This document shows, piece after piece, positions 10,139 to 21,080 of a stretch of 64,000 nt of DNA. Position 1 is the stretch's first letter. Each line of letters opens with the position of its first letter. The notes under the pieces are model-generated. The model saw nothing but the letters and a program-made list of their open reading frames with translations. It was not told the DNA's origin and made no database searches. The stretch is from assembly GCA_963796105.1 (NCBI GenBank), contig CAWCKJ010000003.1:704001-768000 (forward strand), written 5' to 3'. This stretch comes from a candidate division FCPU426 bacterium. GTDB lineage: Bacteria; Oederibacteriota; Muellerivitia; Muellerivitales; Muellerivitaceae. A program made the position numbers and the translations under genes.

Positions 10139-13100
10139 TTACCTGATGAAAATAATCCTCTTGGTTTTCCGGTCCATGGGTTCCACCAGATAGAATAGGT
10201 AAACCCCGCTCGCGCAGGTATCCCCATACTTGTTGGACCCGTCCCAGAAGAAGCTGCCTTGGAACGGCGCTTCCAGGTACCGGCTGTCCAATGTCTTGAT
10301 GTGCTCCCCCGCCGAGTTGTAAACGGTTAATTGGAAGGGCCCGGGATATTGGCTCGTCCCCACGAAGATGGATACCGGCTCTCCCCCTCCCTTGAACACG
10401 TTCTTCGTCACAGTGAAGTAATCCACCGTCGGAGTCCATGTCGGGATCTGGGTCATCGAGGAAGTCTCCGTGGGTGTGAAGGTCACCGTGGGCGTTAAGG
10501 TCCATATGGGTGTGTTGGTTTTCGTCGGCGTCGGGGTGCGAGTGGAAGTCGGAGTCCGGCTAAAGGTGGGAGTGGACGTTGAGGTTCGGGTATTGGTCAA
10601 GGTCGGGGTTGAAGTGTATGTCCGGGTGAAGGTCGGGGTGCGGGTATTCGTGGGGGTATTGGTGGCAGTGGGCGTGTTGGTCGAAGTCCTGGTATTCGTA
10701 GCGGTATAGGTGTTCGTCGGGGTGTAGCTAGGCGTGGGTGTCTTGGTATTCGTGGGGGTAAAGGAGGTGGTAGGGGTGTTGGTCGAAGTCCTGGTATTCG
10801 TAGCGGTATAGGTGTTCGTCGGGCTGTAGCTAGGCGTCGGAGTGTAGGTATTCGTGGAGGTAAAGGTGGGGGTAGGGGTGTTGGTGGTTGTAAAAGTGTT
10901 GGTGGGGGTAGTTGTATTGGTCGGGGTATTCGTGTTGGTGGGCGTGTTGGTGGACGTGGGGGTGTTGGTCGGCGTGTGTGTTGGGGTCAAAGTAGGGGTA
11001 TTCGTGGGCGTATTGGTGTTAGTCGGGGTATTGGTATTGGTCGGGGTATTCGTGACTGTATAGGTGTTGGTGGGAGTTGAGGTATTGGTAGCGGTATTTG
11101 TATTGGTGGGAGTATTGGTGTCCGTCGGCGTATTAGTGTTAGTTGTAGTGTTGGTCGCGGTATAGGTGTTAGTCGATGTATTGGTATTGGTCGGTGTGGC
11201 GGTATCAGTCGGAGTGTTCGTATTCGTCGGGGTGTAAGTGGCGGTATTGCTGTTAGTCGGCGTATTCGTGAAGGTCTGAGTGTTGGTATTGGTAGGTGTA
11301 TTGCTGTTTGTGGGTGTGTAGGTCGGTGTCGGAGTAAGCGTGCTGGTCGGCGTATTCGTGGGGGTATATGTATTTGTGGGTGTGGAAGTGTTCGTCGGCG
11401 TGTAGCTGGGTGTAAATGTGAATACGGGCGTATAGGTGGAGGTATTGGTCGGAGTCGGGGTGGGAGTCAGGGTCGATGTATCCGTGGGTGTCGATGTTGG
11501 GGTGTTGGTGCTCGTGGGTGTGTTGGTCGGGGTCGGGGTGTTGGTATTGGTTGGCGTGTTCGTGGGTGTGTAAGTATTCGTCGGAGTGAAAGTGTCAGTC
11601 GATGTAAATAAGGGAGTGTAGGTCCACGTAGGGGTTTCAGTGGATGTATCGGTTGGAGTAGGAGTTGGCGTCTGGGTGGGAGTGGACGTGTAAGTAGGTG
11701 TCGGAGTGGTTGTGGGGGTATTAGTCGAGGTATTGGTCGGGGTCGAAGTGGGTGTGGCTGTCGGCGTGGGAGTAGGTGTCGTGGTTGGAGTATTGGTGGA
11801 CGTCGGTGAAGGAGTACGCGTCGGAGTGACAGTAAAGGTGTTCGTGGGAGATGTCGTCCCGGTTGGGGTATCAGTAGGAGTGGACGTAACCGTGGGCGTG
11901 GAAGTTGGAGTCGGAGTAGAGGTGGTGGTTGGAGTCAAAGTCGGGGTTTTGGTTGGGGTGGAAGTGGGTGTAGAAGTAGGGGTGGGGGTGGAGGTAGTCG
12001 TGGGAGTAGGAGTTGGTGTGGGTGTTGGAGTCCTAGTCGGGGTGGAAGTCGGCGTCGGCGTGGGGGTCGTGGTAGGCGTTGGCGTCGGCGTATTGGTGGG
12101 TGTAGAAGTCGGGGTATTCGTAGGGGTGGGAGTGGGCGTCACCGTCGGGGTGGGAGTAGGTGTAGGGGTCGGGGTCTTGGTCGGGGTGATGGTAGGGGTA
12201 TTCGTGGGCGACTGGGTCCCTGTGGGCGTATTGGTCGGAGTCGGGGTGATGGTTGGCGTGTGGGTGGGGGTTGGAGTCGGAGTGGTGGTGGGTGTAGGTG
12301 TATTCGTGGCAGTAGGAGTGGGGGTGGGAGTCCTCGTGGGAGTCGGGGTTGGGGTTGTTGTGGGGGTGGGGGTCGGGGTATTGGTGGGCGTTCTTGTGGG
12401 GGTATTGGTCGGAGTCGGGGTGGGTGTCGCGGTGGGTGTTGGAGTAGGCGTATTGGTAGGTGTAGGCGTAGGGGTATTGGTGGGTGTGGAAGTCGGAGTC
12501 GTGCTCGGGGTGGGTGTAGGTGTTTTCGTCGGGGTGGGTGTTGGGGTATTAGTTGGGGTCGGCGTTGGAGTGGTGGTGGGTGTCGGCGTCGGTGTATTAG
12601 TAGGGGTAGGCGTCGGAGTCCTTGTTGGAGTAGGCGTCGGCGTGGTGGTGGGAGTGGGCGTGGGCGTATTAGTCGGTGTGGGGGTCGGTGTATTCGTCGG
12701 AGTTGGCGTAGGAGTTGTTGTCGGGGTCGGGGAAGGGGTTGGGGTTGGCGTCCGAGTCGGGGTATTAGTAGGTGTCGGTGTGGGCGTAATCGTGGGTGTA
12801 TTGGTGGGAGTCGGGGTCGGAGTCTTGGTTGGGGTAATAGTAGGCGTATTCGTGGGCGACTGAGTCCCGGTTGGGGTATTCGTGGGCGTCGGGGTGATAG
12901 TTGGCGTGTGGGTGGGTGTAGGGGTGGGAGTGGTTGTAGGAGTAGGAGTCGGAGTAGGGGTGGGCGTTCTTGTTGGTGTATTGGTAGGAGTAGGTGTCGG
13001 AGTGGTTGTCGGTGTTGGAGTCGGGGTGTTAGTAGGGGTAGGTGTGGGAGTTCTCGTCGGGGTAGGCGTTGGGGTTGTCGTAGGGGTGGGAGTCGGCGTA

Positions 13101-15385
13101 TTCGTGGGTGTATTGGTGGGTGTTAGAGTAGGAGTATTCGTCGGGGTTCGGGTCGGGGTTGGAGTAGGCGTGTTGGTAGGTGTCGGAGTGGGGGTATTCG
13201 TGGGCGTCGGGGTGGGAGTGGTGGTCGGCGTCGGAGTAGGTGTCCTTGTCGGGGTCGGTGTGAGGGTATTGGTGGGGGTTGGAGTAGGCGTTGTCGTCGG
13301 GGTAGGAGTCGGGGTGTTGGTAGGCGTGGGAGTAGGAGTCCTGGTTGGGGTTGGGGTCGTTGTGGGTGTAGGAGTAGGCGTATTGGTAGGGGTCGGACTG
13401 GGGGTAGGTGTGGGTGTGGGGGTAGGTGTTCTGGTCGGTGTGGGAGTTGGGGTTACGGTCGGGGTGGGGGTAGGAGTGTTAGTGGGAGTCGGAGTAGGAG
13501 TATTGGTTGGAGTGGGTGTTGGGGTCCTGGTCGGGGTTGGAGTGGGTGAGGGTGTCGGGGTAGGAGTCGGTGTGTTGGTGGGGGTAGGCGTCGGAGTCCT
13601 GGTTGGAGTAGGGGTTGGCGAAGCCGTGGGAGTCGGAGTAGGGGAAGTTGTGGGAGTCGGAGTAGGAGTATTGGTTGGAGTGGGTGTTGGGGTCCTGGTC
13701 GGGGTTGGAGTGGGTGAGGGTGTCGGGGTAGGAGTCGGTGTGTTGGTGGGGGTAGGCGTCGGAGTCCTAGTCGGAGTTGGGGTTGGCGAAACCGTAGGAG
13801 TCGGAGTGGGGGAGGTTGTGGGGGTCGGAGTAGGAGTCGGAGTCCTGGTCGGGGTTGGAGTTGGCGATACCGTGGGCGTGGGGGTGGGGGTATTGGTCGG
13901 GGTCGGAGTGGGACTCCTCGTGGGGGTGGGGGTAGGTGTATTCGTAAAAGTATAAGTGTAAGTAGGAGTGTACGTGAAAGTGTAGGTGTTGGTATGGGTG
14001 AAAGTGGGCGTAACAGCCGGGGTCGGGGTGTAGGTATAAGTGTAGGTGGGGGTGGGAGTATAGGTATAGGTGTAGGTGTTGGTATGGGTAAAGGTGGGTG
14101 TGATGGCGATGGTCGGCGTATAGGTATAGGTGTGGGTGGGGGTCGGGGTCGAAGTGAAGGTATAAGTGTAGGTGTAGGTATAAGTGTAAGTATGGGTAAA
14201 GGTGGGGGTTAGCGCCGGGGTGGGGGTATAGGTAAATGTCGGGGTATAGGTAAAAGTATGAGTATAAGTCGGCGTGTTGGACCAGGTAAAGGTCGGGGTC
14301 CAGCAAGGGATGTTGAAAGTAACCGTGTTGGAGGTTTTTCCCTCGATGGAAAAGTTATTGGTAGCAGTCGTGCATTGGTTGTTCACCATGCCGTTGTTGT
14401 CCGTCGCGTATTCCTGGAAGGTGACACAGGAATTTCCGGCAATTCCTTCCGGCCAGATGACGGTAAGCTGGCTTCCTCCCAATCCGTTGACATAGGGCTC
14501 GGTGGCGATGTAATTCCCGTTTTGTACCGAAACACCACCCATATCCAGAGTTTGTCCCTGCCAATAGCTCTGGCTGATCGTGTCCGTCATGGTGACGGCG
14601 CCAGTCTGGGGACCACCGGTGTTGCAGACCGTCAGGCAGAACTCATAGGTGATGTTGTTTCCGGATTCATTGGGTCCGCCGCAGACGGCTTTCCCGACCG
14701 TGAAGGCGGGCGGCCCCAGGGTCGTCGAGGAGGCCGGAATCGCCACAGCTTGCGAGAAAAACAAAGCCCCATTACAGTTGCTGGTGCTGTAGTCCCCGTT
14801 AGCGTCCGTGGATACATAAGGGACCCTCGCGCCGCTCACGGGGTTCCAAAGGCTCTGGCCCCAGCAGCATTCGGAAGAAGTGGCGCTGACCTGGGACGCG
14901 CTGCCCCATCCGCTGGTGCTGTAGTCGGTCGCGTACCAGTTGGTGGCGGGGGGAGTCGTGGGATTCCCCGAACTGATGTAATCCATCTTGAGGCCGCCGC
15001 TTCCGCTGGTGATCTCGGAGTGCTGGCCGTTGGAGCAGGTGATGTCCAGGTCCCAGGAGGAGTAAAGGTTATTGCAGGCGGTGTTTTGGGTATAAACGCT
15101 GAGATAAACTTGGGAGCCGGTTAAGAGGGACGTGGGAACGGTGATGCAGCCCGGGGGACAACTGCCGCTGCCGTCCCAGTTGCAATAATTGATCTGTCCC
15201 AGGTAAACGCCGCCCACATAGACCTGGGACCAGTCGTCGCTGGATACGCAAATCTTGGCGGAACTAGGCGTGCATTGGGACCAGGATTGGAGCGGAAGAC
15301 CCAAGAGAAGCAAAAATCCAAAAACTTTTAAACTCCGGATCATCCAAAAGGATGGTTGGAAACTTCTTAATGCGCGATGATTCAT
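10139..15385 (-). CDS. giant secreted Thr/Pro-rich protein with C-terminal FlgD-Ig/T9SS-CTD-like domain
   Basis: Signal peptide, ~330-aa Cys-rich beta domains, ~1290-aa TPTPTNTP linker, tail [12 protein letters not shown]...WDGSN...ASGVY. Confidence 0.85.
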   Translation of the reverse strand: MNHRALRSFQPSFWMIRSLKVFGFLLLLGLPLQSWSQCTPSSAKICVSSDDWSQVYVGGVYLGQINYCNWDGSGSCPPGCITVPTSLLTGSQVYLSVYTQNTACNNLYSSWDLDITCSNGQHSEITSGSGGLKMDYISSGNPTTPPATNWYATDYSTSGWGSASQVSATSSECCWGQSLWNPVSGARVPYVSTDANGDYSTSNCNGALFFSQAVAIPASSTTLGPPAFTVGKAVCGGPNESGNNITYEFCLTVCNTGGPQTGAVTMTDTISQSYWQGQTLDMGGVSVQNGNYIATEPYVNGLGGSQLTVIWPEGIAGNSCVTFQEYATDNNGMVNNQCTTATNNFSIEGKTSNTVTFNIPCWTPTFTWSNTPTYTHTFTYTPTFTYTPTPALTPTFTHTYTYTYTYTYTFTSTPTPTHTYTYTPTIAITPTFTHTNTYTYTYTPTPTYTYTYTPTPAVTPTFTHTNTYTFTYTPTYTYTFTNTPTPTPTRSPTPTPTNTPTPTPTVSPTPTPTRTPTPTPTPTTSPTPTPTVSPTPTPTRTPTPTPTNTPTPTPTPSPTPTPTRTPTPTPTNTPTPTPTTSPTPTPTASPTPTPTRTPTPTPTNTPTPTPTPSPTPTPTRTPTPTPTNTPTPTPTNTPTPTPTVTPTPTPTRTPTPTPTPTPSPTPTNTPTPTPTTTPTPTRTPTPTPTNTPTPTPTTTPTPTPTNTLTPTPTRTPTPTPTTTPTPTPTNTPTPTPTNTPTPTPTRTPTNTPTLTPTNTPTNTPTPTPTTTPTPTPTRTPTPTPTNTPTPTPTTTPTPTPTNTPTRTPTPTPTPTPTTTPTPTPTHTPTITPTPTNTPTGTQSPTNTPTITPTKTPTPTPTNTPTITPTPTPTNTPTRTPTPTPSPTPTTTPTPTPTNTPTPTPTNTPTPTPTTTPTPTPTRTPTPTPTNTPTPTPTTTPTPTPTNTPTPTPTKTPTPTPSTTPTSTPTNTPTPTPTNTPTPTPTATPTPTPTNTPTRTPTNTPTPTPTTTPTPTPTRTPTPTPTATNTPTPTTTPTPTPTHTPTITPTPTNTPTGTQSPTNTPTITPTKTPTPTPTPTPTVTPTPTPTNTPTSTPTNTPTPTPTTTPTPTPTSTPTRTPTPTPTPTPTTTSTPTPTSTPTSTPTKTPTLTPTTTSTPTPTSTPTVTSTPTDTPTGTTSPTNTFTVTPTRTPSPTSTNTPTTTPTPTPTATPTSTPTNTSTNTPTTTPTPTYTSTPTQTPTPTPTDTSTETPTWTYTPLFTSTDTFTPTNTYTPTNTPTNTNTPTPTNTPTSTNTPTSTPTDTSTLTPTPTPTNTSTYTPVFTFTPSYTPTNTSTPTNTYTPTNTPTSTLTPTPTYTPTNSNTPTNTNTQTFTNTPTNSNTATYTPTNTNTPTDTATPTNTNTSTNTYTATNTTTNTNTPTDTNTPTNTNTATNTSTPTNTYTVTNTPTNTNTPTNTNTPTNTPTLTPTHTPTNTPTSTNTPTNTNTPTNTTTPTNTFTTTNTPTPTFTSTNTYTPTPSYSPTNTYTATNTRTSTNTPTTSFTPTNTKTPTPSYTPTNTYTATNTRTSTNTPTATNTPTNTRTPTFTRTYTSTPTLTNTRTSTSTPTFSRTPTSTRTPTPTKTNTPIWTLTPTVTFTPTETSSMTQIPTWTPTVDYFTVTKNVFKGGGEPVSIFVGTSQYPGPFQLTVYNSAGEHIKTLDSRYLEAPFQGSFFWDGSNKYGDTCASGVYLFYLVEPMDRKTKRIIFIR

Positions 15386-15644
15386 TTTTCGTAGTTAACC
15401 ATTTACTGAGACCCTTCAAAGCCGCAGTTTGACCAGGAATATTTTTATAATAAACATTCAAAACATAAGCATTAAAATCGTTTTAACATCAAAAGTATCT
15501 AACAAATTATCGCATAAGAAAACTGTTTTTTCGACCCGAGTTACGTTAAATCCGGCGGGAAACGAAAATCAATAGCGCCCTATCCACCTACCTGTTAAAC
15601 GAGTAATTAATCAAAAAAATGAAGATTCTCTGAATAAAAGCGGT

Positions 15645-15672
15645 TTTACTTGGATTTAACATTGAAATAAAT
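15645..15672 (+). promoter_or_regulatory. possible Pho box upstream of ppx
   Basis: TTTACT-N5-TTAACA-N5-ATAAAT with 11-bp periodicity; AT-rich context makes a chance match possible. Confidence 0.3.
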
Positions 15673-15762
15673 AGAAGTCTATAAAGTCTAGTAAAACAAC
15701 TGCGCCAACGGTTTAATATGTTCTCCTCCCGTCCAACCGTTACCTTTCAAACAAGGAGATTT

Positions 15763-17274
15763 ATGCCGACCCTATGCGCGCTTGATGTGGGTTCCAACGC
15801 CATGCGCCTCGCCATCGGTTTTCTGGACCATGAAAAAAAGCTCCACGTCGTCGAGGACCTGCGGGAACCAGTCCGGCTGGGCCAGGATGTTTTCAAAAGG
15901 GGCGCCATTTCCCGCGAGAGCACCCGCAGGACCATAGAGGCGTTCAAGAGGTTCAAGGAAGTTATCGGCCAGCACCAGGTGGTCAAGACCCGGGCTGTGG
16001 CCACGAGCGCGGTCCGGGAGGCCAAAAACCGGGATGTGTTCCTGAAAAAGGTATTCCAAGCCACCGGCATCGAGCTTAAGCCCATCACCTCGGAAGAGGA
16101 AGCCCTGCTGGTTTACTTGGCGGTATCCGAGAAAATCCCCCTGGAGGGAAAAACCTCCATGCTGGTGGACATCGGCGGCGGCAGCGTGGAAGTCACCCTG
16201 GCCCGGGACGGAAAGATTCTCCTCTCGGAAAGCTTCCAGATGGGGGCCGTGCGCCTCCTGCAGGTTCTCGACAAGAGCAAGTACGGCGAGAAGGACTTCA
16301 ACCGGATGGTCCAGGAATACGTGGACGCGGCCCGGAACCGTTTCAACCAAAAGCTCGCCGGGCAGAAGGTGGATGTCTGCGTGGGAACCGGGGGAAACCT
16401 GGATACCCTATTGTTTTTGAAAGAGCGTTTTTGGCGTGTCAAGGACCCTTCCTATATTACGCGCCCGGAGCTTAATTCCCTCCTGGCCCGCCTGCGCAAG
16501 CTCTCCTATGACGAACGAGTCACCAAACTGGGTCTGCGCCCCGACAGGGCGGACGTCATTCTGCCCGCCATGATGGTCCTTCAAAAAATCATGGAAGTCG
16601 GCCGCATCTCCCGCATTCACATCCCGAATGTCGGCGTCAAGGAAGGCCTGTTGATTGACATGGTCTCGGAGCTCCTGACCGGCCGGCCGGCCCAGCGTCG
16701 GGACGAGGTCTTAGCCACTGTCCGGCAGGCCGGCTTGAAATACTCCTTTGACCAGGCCCATGCGGAAACAGTTACGAAGCTCTCCCTGGAACTTTTCGAC
16801 CGGACGCGCCAACTGCACCGCTTGGGGGAGGATAACCGGCTTCTCCTTGAAGTGGCCGCCCAGCTCCACGATATCGGCCAGTTCATCAGCTACGGCTCCC
16901 ATCACAAACATTCCTATTATTTGATAAAAGCCTCCCAGTTGATGGGGCTTACCCCCGGCCAAGTCGAGCTTGTCGCCAACATCGCGCGTTATCACCGCAA
17001 GGCGCTCCCCAAGGCCACTCACGAGAATTACCGGCTTCTCCCGGCCCGGGAAAGGCTTATGGTCTCAAAACTCGCCGCCATCCTGCGCGTCGCGGACGCA
17101 ATGGACCACGATCACGCCTCCAAAGTCCAGCATTTCGCGGTCCAATACAAAAAACCCCATTTTTCTCTGAAAATGATGGGACAAGGGGATATGCTCTTGG
17201 AGCGCTGGGCGCTCCTGAAAAAATGCGATTTATTCGAGAAGGTATTCAAGGTTAAATTTTCAGTCAAAAGTTGA
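15763..17274 (+). CDS. ppx: Ppx/GppA exopolyphosphatase with HD domain
   Basis: LDVGSN, ATSAVREA, DIGGGSVE, RADVI, LHDIG, HHKHS motifs; AAGGAG RBS before ATG 15763. Confidence 0.92.
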   Translation: MPTLCALDVGSNAMRLAIGFLDHEKKLHVVEDLREPVRLGQDVFKRGAISRESTRRTIEAFKRFKEVIGQHQVVKTRAVATSAVREAKNRDVFLKKVFQATGIELKPITSEEEALLVYLAVSEKIPLEGKTSMLVDIGGGSVEVTLARDGKILLSESFQMGAVRLLQVLDKSKYGEKDFNRMVQEYVDAARNRFNQKLAGQKVDVCVGTGGNLDTLLFLKERFWRVKDPSYITRPELNSLLARLRKLSYDERVTKLGLRPDRADVILPAMMVLQKIMEVGRISRIHIPNVGVKEGLLIDMVSELLTGRPAQRRDEVLATVRQAGLKYSFDQAHAETVTKLSLELFDRTRQLHRLGEDNRLLLEVAAQLHDIGQFISYGSHHKHSYYLIKASQLMGLTPGQVELVANIARYHRKALPKATHENYRLLPARERLMVSKLAAILRVADAMDHDHASKVQHFAVQYKKPHFSLKMMGQGDMLLERWALLKKCDLFEKVFKVKFSVKS

Positions 17275-17318
17275 GGGGATAACCCCCTTTTGGCCCTGAT
17301 CATCAAGGAGACAATTTT

Positions 17319-18014
17319 ATGGCCCGTACTAAACCCAAGGAAATCGAGGGAAAACTCATCGCGGTGGAGGGGCTGGACGGTTCCGGCAAATCCACCCAAA
17401 TCCGCCTCCTCAAACGCTGGCTGGAGCTGGAAGGCTACAAGGTTTTCTTTACCGAGTGGAACTCCTCCGAGCTGGTCAAGAAAGCCACCAGGAAGGGTAA
17501 GAAGAAAAAGCTCCTCACTCCCACCACATTCTCACTCATTCATGCCACGGATTTCGCCGACCGTTACGAACGGCAGATTCTTCCCCTCCTGAAAGGGGGT
17601 TATCTCGTCCTCGCGGACCGCTACTGCTACACGGCCTTCGCCCGCGACGCGGTCCGGGGCTGTGACAGGGACTGGCTAAGGAAGCTTTACCGTTTCGCGC
17701 GCAAACCCGACATCACCTTTTTCTTTCAGCTTCCCCTGGAGGTGGCCCTGGGGCGAATCCTGGAGGGCCGCCCCATGCTGAAGTACCACGAGGCCGGGAT
17801 GGACATGGGCTTTTCCCAGGACCCCTACGAGTCCTTTAGGATTTTCCAGGGCAAGATTTACGAGGAATACGGCCGCATCGGCAAGGAATTTCCATTCGAG
17901 AACGTGGATGCCACCGTTCCCATGGAAAGCCAGCAGGCTTTCATGCGGGATATCGTCCGGAAGCGCATCGACCTCAAGAAATTTAAATTCAAGGCAGTGG
18001 GGGTGAAATCATGA
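17319..18014 (+). CDS. thymidylate-kinase-like P-loop protein 1
   Basis: EGLDGSGKST P-loop, LADRY, PDITF; lacks canonical REPGG. Confidence 0.85.
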   Translation: MARTKPKEIEGKLIAVEGLDGSGKSTQIRLLKRWLELEGYKVFFTEWNSSELVKKATRKGKKKKLLTPTTFSLIHATDFADRYERQILPLLKGGYLVLADRYCYTAFARDAVRGCDRDWLRKLYRFARKPDITFFFQLPLEVALGRILEGRPMLKYHEAGMDMGFSQDPYESFRIFQGKIYEEYGRIGKEFPFENVDATVPMESQQAFMRDIVRKRIDLKKFKFKAVGVKS

Positions 18015-18865
18015 AGCCAAAACGCTTTTATGGGAAAGGCCTTCCCAACGTCGATCCTACCCTTCTTAAGGGGACATTAATCATCATCGAGGGCTCCGAT
18101 GGCGCCGGCCGTTCCACCCAGATCGGCTTCCTCCAGAATTGGCTGGAGCGCAGGGGCGTTCCCGTCGTTATGGTGGGGTTGAAACGCTCCGAGCTGGTGG
18201 GCGAGGCCTTGGCCGAGGCCATGCAGGGTAATACTCTCAACGCCATCACCTTGAACCTCTTTTATGCCACCGATTTCGCCGACCAGTTGGAACGGGTGAT
18301 CGTGCCGGCCTTGAAAGCCGGCTTCCTGGTCCTGGCCGACCGCTATATCTACACCCTCATGGCCCGGGATATCGTCAGGGGTTCCTCCATGGAATGGCTC
18401 AGGGAGATTTACGGTTTCGCGGTGGTCCCGGACGCGGTCTTCTACCTGAACGTGAGCCCCAAAATCCTTGCTGAGAGGAATTTCAGCAAACGGGGGTTCC
18501 TGGACTATTGGGAATCAGGGATGGATATCCAGCGGGTTGGCGGCATGTACGACAACTTCGTCAAATACCAGGGAAGGCTTCACAAGGTATTCCAGAATTT
18601 CCAGAGGGAATACGGCTTTTACACCATTCAGGGAAGCAGGTCCATGGTTTCCATCGCGAGGGAAATCCGGGGCCGGGTTGAGAAGATTTTGTTGGCCAAG
18701 GACCTGGCGGAGAAACCGGTTCCCCAAGCCAAGGAATTAACCCCTAATCCTGTTGAAAAAACCGAAAAAACGCCTGAAAAGACCCTGGAAAAAACCGTGG
18801 AGAAACCAGCGGCCAAAATTCACGAAACCCCGGTCGAAAAAGTCCACGTTCCGGATAAACAATAA
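18011..18865 (+). CDS. thymidylate-kinase-like P-loop protein 2
   Basis: EGSDGAGRST, LADRY; ATGA overlap with the previous gene; EKT-repeat tail. Confidence 0.85.
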   Translation: MKPKRFYGKGLPNVDPTLLKGTLIIIEGSDGAGRSTQIGFLQNWLERRGVPVVMVGLKRSELVGEALAEAMQGNTLNAITLNLFYATDFADQLERVIVPALKAGFLVLADRYIYTLMARDIVRGSSMEWLREIYGFAVVPDAVFYLNVSPKILAERNFSKRGFLDYWESGMDIQRVGGMYDNFVKYQGRLHKVFQNFQREYGFYTIQGSRSMVSIAREIRGRVEKILLAKDLAEKPVPQAKELTPNPVEKTEKTPEKTLEKTVEKPAAKIHETPVEKVHVPDKQ

Positions 18866-18973
18866 ACTAAAAACTCGTGAACCAAACAACAATTTCTCAA
18901 TTCCCCGCTGTGACCCAAGGAACCATACCTCCGGCACCTTGGTGTCGAACCTGTTCAGGGTGATTACAACCCG

Positions 18974-19405
18974 TTAGGGCTTCGGTTTCTTCGAGGGTTT
19001 CGCCTTGCCTAAACTGTTGAGGACAGCCGCCTGGCGGATGAGCGCCTTGAAGGCGGACTCGTCCACTTCTTCCCCTTCGCGGATGTCGATCGCCCGGCGC
19101 GCGTTTCCGTCGAGGCTCGCGTTAAAGAGACGGGCCGGGTCCCTCAGGGACGCGCCCTTGAAGAAGGTGAGTTTCACGACTTTATGATAGGTTTCGCCGG
19201 TACAGATAATGCCGTCGCGCGAAAAAATAGGGGTGCCTCTCCACTTCCATTCCTCGACGACATCCGGAACCGCCTGCCTGATGAGCTTGCGCATCCGGCT
19301 GAGGGTTTCCCCGCGCCAGTCCCCGAGCTCGGCGATTCTTTTTGTGATAAGCTCCGATGCCGGTTGTCCTTGGCTCGTTCCTGGTTTTTTCATGTTTTTC
19401 CCCAT
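18974..19405 (-). CDS. DUF1801 (YdhG-like) protein
   Basis: WRGETLSRMRKLI...EEWKWRGTP...KLTFFKGASL. Confidence 0.85.
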   Translation of the reverse strand: MGKNMKKPGTSQGQPASELITKRIAELGDWRGETLSRMRKLIRQAVPDVVEEWKWRGTPIFSRDGIICTGETYHKVVKLTFFKGASLRDPARLFNASLDGNARRAIDIREGEEVDESAFKALIRQAAVLNSLGKAKPSKKPKP

Positions 19406-19552
19406 TTCACATTAATTACTCGACTTTGGCAAATCTAGGATTGCCTCGCGTTTCCCCCTCTTAAAGAGGGGGGGATTATCACTAGCGCCATGCTTTTCGA
19501 AATTTGTCTAAGTTGAGTTAATTATTAATTTTTACGTCTGACATCTTTACCT

Positions 19553-19987
19553 TCATCGCCCGCCCGGTTCGCGCGAAACCTCAGCCGACAGGCGCTCAAG
19601 ATTCTGTTCGTTGGCTGGGACGACGATATGTTCCAGGCTCTTGGCGGCTTCCTCGCTTTCGAACTCCTGCGACCAAGTCACGGCCGTTCCCGCGGGCGAC
19701 GGGGCGAGGGTCACGGTTAGGCGGTACTTCGGATTCGAGACGTGCTGAACGACGAACTTCCTCGGCGGCTCTATTTCCGTTAACACATTCTCGTTAGGGT
19801 AATTCTTGCCGTCGGGCCCATGCATGACCAAAGACCAACGCCCGCCATTTTTGAACTCGAAAGAATTAAAAGTATTAGTGAAACCTGCCGGTCCCCACCA
19901 ACGAGCCAGGCGGTCCGGATGGTTGAAGGCGGCAAAAACTTTTTCCGGGGTGGCAGGTATTTCCCGGGACGCAATGAAGGTTTTCAT
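19553..19987 (-). CDS. SRPBCC/AHSA1 domain protein
   Basis: VFAAF...LARWWGPAGF...MHGPDG; ATG 19987 with GGGAG RBS. Confidence 0.85.
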   Translation of the reverse strand: MKTFIASREIPATPEKVFAAFNHPDRLARWWGPAGFTNTFNSFEFKNGGRWSLVMHGPDGKNYPNENVLTEIEPPRKFVVQHVSNPKYRLTVTLAPSPAGTAVTWSQEFESEEAAKSLEHIVVPANEQNLERLSAEVSREPGGR

Positions 19988-20127
19988 CGGCTTCTCCCTT
20001 TTCCATGAATCAAATAAAGAATGCGGCACAGTCTCGATTTCTTTGGCCTAAACGCCCAAAGTGAAAGAGATAATGTTTAAAAAAGGCTTTCTGAGTCTCT
20101 GAGTCTCCGTGGTGGATATAGGTGTTT

Positions 20128-20655
20128 TTAGCGCTTCTTCTTTTCAGGTATGAACTTCACCGATACGGAATTGATGCAATACCTCAAACCTGAGGGTTTG
20201 GGTCCGTCCTCGAAAACGTGTCCCAAGTGCCCCCCGCAGCGCGGGCAATAGACCTCCACCCTGTCCATCCCGAAGGAATGGTCCGGACGGCTCGCGACAT
20301 TCTCAGGAAAAATGGGGCCGAAAAAGCTGGGCCATCCCGTTCCCGAGTCGAACTTGGTCCCCGCCGCAAAAAGCTCCAATCCACAGCCGGCGCAAACATA
20401 AATGCCCTTATCGTGGTTATCCCAATAAAGCCCGGAGCAGGCCCTTTCGGTCTCATGGCCCCTCAATACCTGGTATTCCTCTTGCGTCAAGATTTTCTTC
20501 CATTCGGCGTCGGTCTTGACGACCTTATCCCCCTTGTATTTCCCCATATAGCACTCCTTTCCTTTCGAGACGGCTTTTTCTTGCGAGAAACCAAAGGGCG
20601 ATGCCGCCAATAACGATATAAAGAAAAGAGCGATTAAACCTGTCAACTTTCCCAT
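20128..20655 (-). CDS. msrB: peptide-methionine (R)-S-oxide reductase with signal peptide
   Basis: KFDSGTGWPSF, HLGHVF, RYCINS and two CxxC zinc motifs. Confidence 0.95.
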   Translation of the reverse strand: MGKLTGLIALFFISLLAASPFGFSQEKAVSKGKECYMGKYKGDKVVKTDAEWKKILTQEEYQVLRGHETERACSGLYWDNHDKGIYVCAGCGLELFAAGTKFDSGTGWPSFFGPIFPENVASRPDHSFGMDRVEVYCPRCGGHLGHVFEDGPKPSGLRYCINSVSVKFIPEKKKR

Positions 20656-20864
20656 GGATTCTCCCCTTCATGCGCGTCCAATGTCCTGCGGGCTTATTGA
20701 AACTTTACGTAAACCAGGCGGGCAATTCCAAGGGGAGGAAGTGAAAATAATGGATGTTTAGCGCTAAGTTTTATTGATAATCGGAACAGCGTGAAGCAGA
20801 GGTGGAATTCGAGGTATTAATAATTGGCCTTATTTTATCTCACGTACTGCCTGATTGGTTAAAA

Positions 20865-21072
20865 CTGTGCTTCCGAAGGAACCAGTGTGGTGCGTGGTTG
20901 ATGTTCTAGGGTTTTTGCAGGACCTATAAAGTTGTTCTGTGGTTCCGAAGGAACCCGTGGTGAAAGGTCGTTTTTTCGGCTGAGTCCCTGTGGTGAATGG
21001 TGGTTGATTTTTTATTTTTCGTCTTATTAATTTGAAATATTTACCGTGGTTCCGAAGGAACCTGTGGTGAAA
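20865..21072. repeat. cluster of REP-like palindromic repeats GTGGTTCCGAAGGAACC(C/T)GTGGTGAA
   Basis: Copies at ~20865, 20937 and 21044 plus a partial at ~20986; relatives at 27227, 54748, 62823 (inverted) and 63023. Confidence 0.75.
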
Positions 21073-21080
21073 CGTTGTTT

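Noticed and set aside
10470..14212. Long Val/Gly-rich + strand ORFs (e.g. 11706-12863, 12882-13955)
   Set aside because: Antisense shadows of the Thr/Pro codons of the 1748-aa gene; the same applies to 48171-49060.
19453..19474. CCCCCTCTT-A-AAGAGGGGG palindrome
   Set aside because: Single short hairpin between co-oriented genes; cannot distinguish terminator from REP, so not called.
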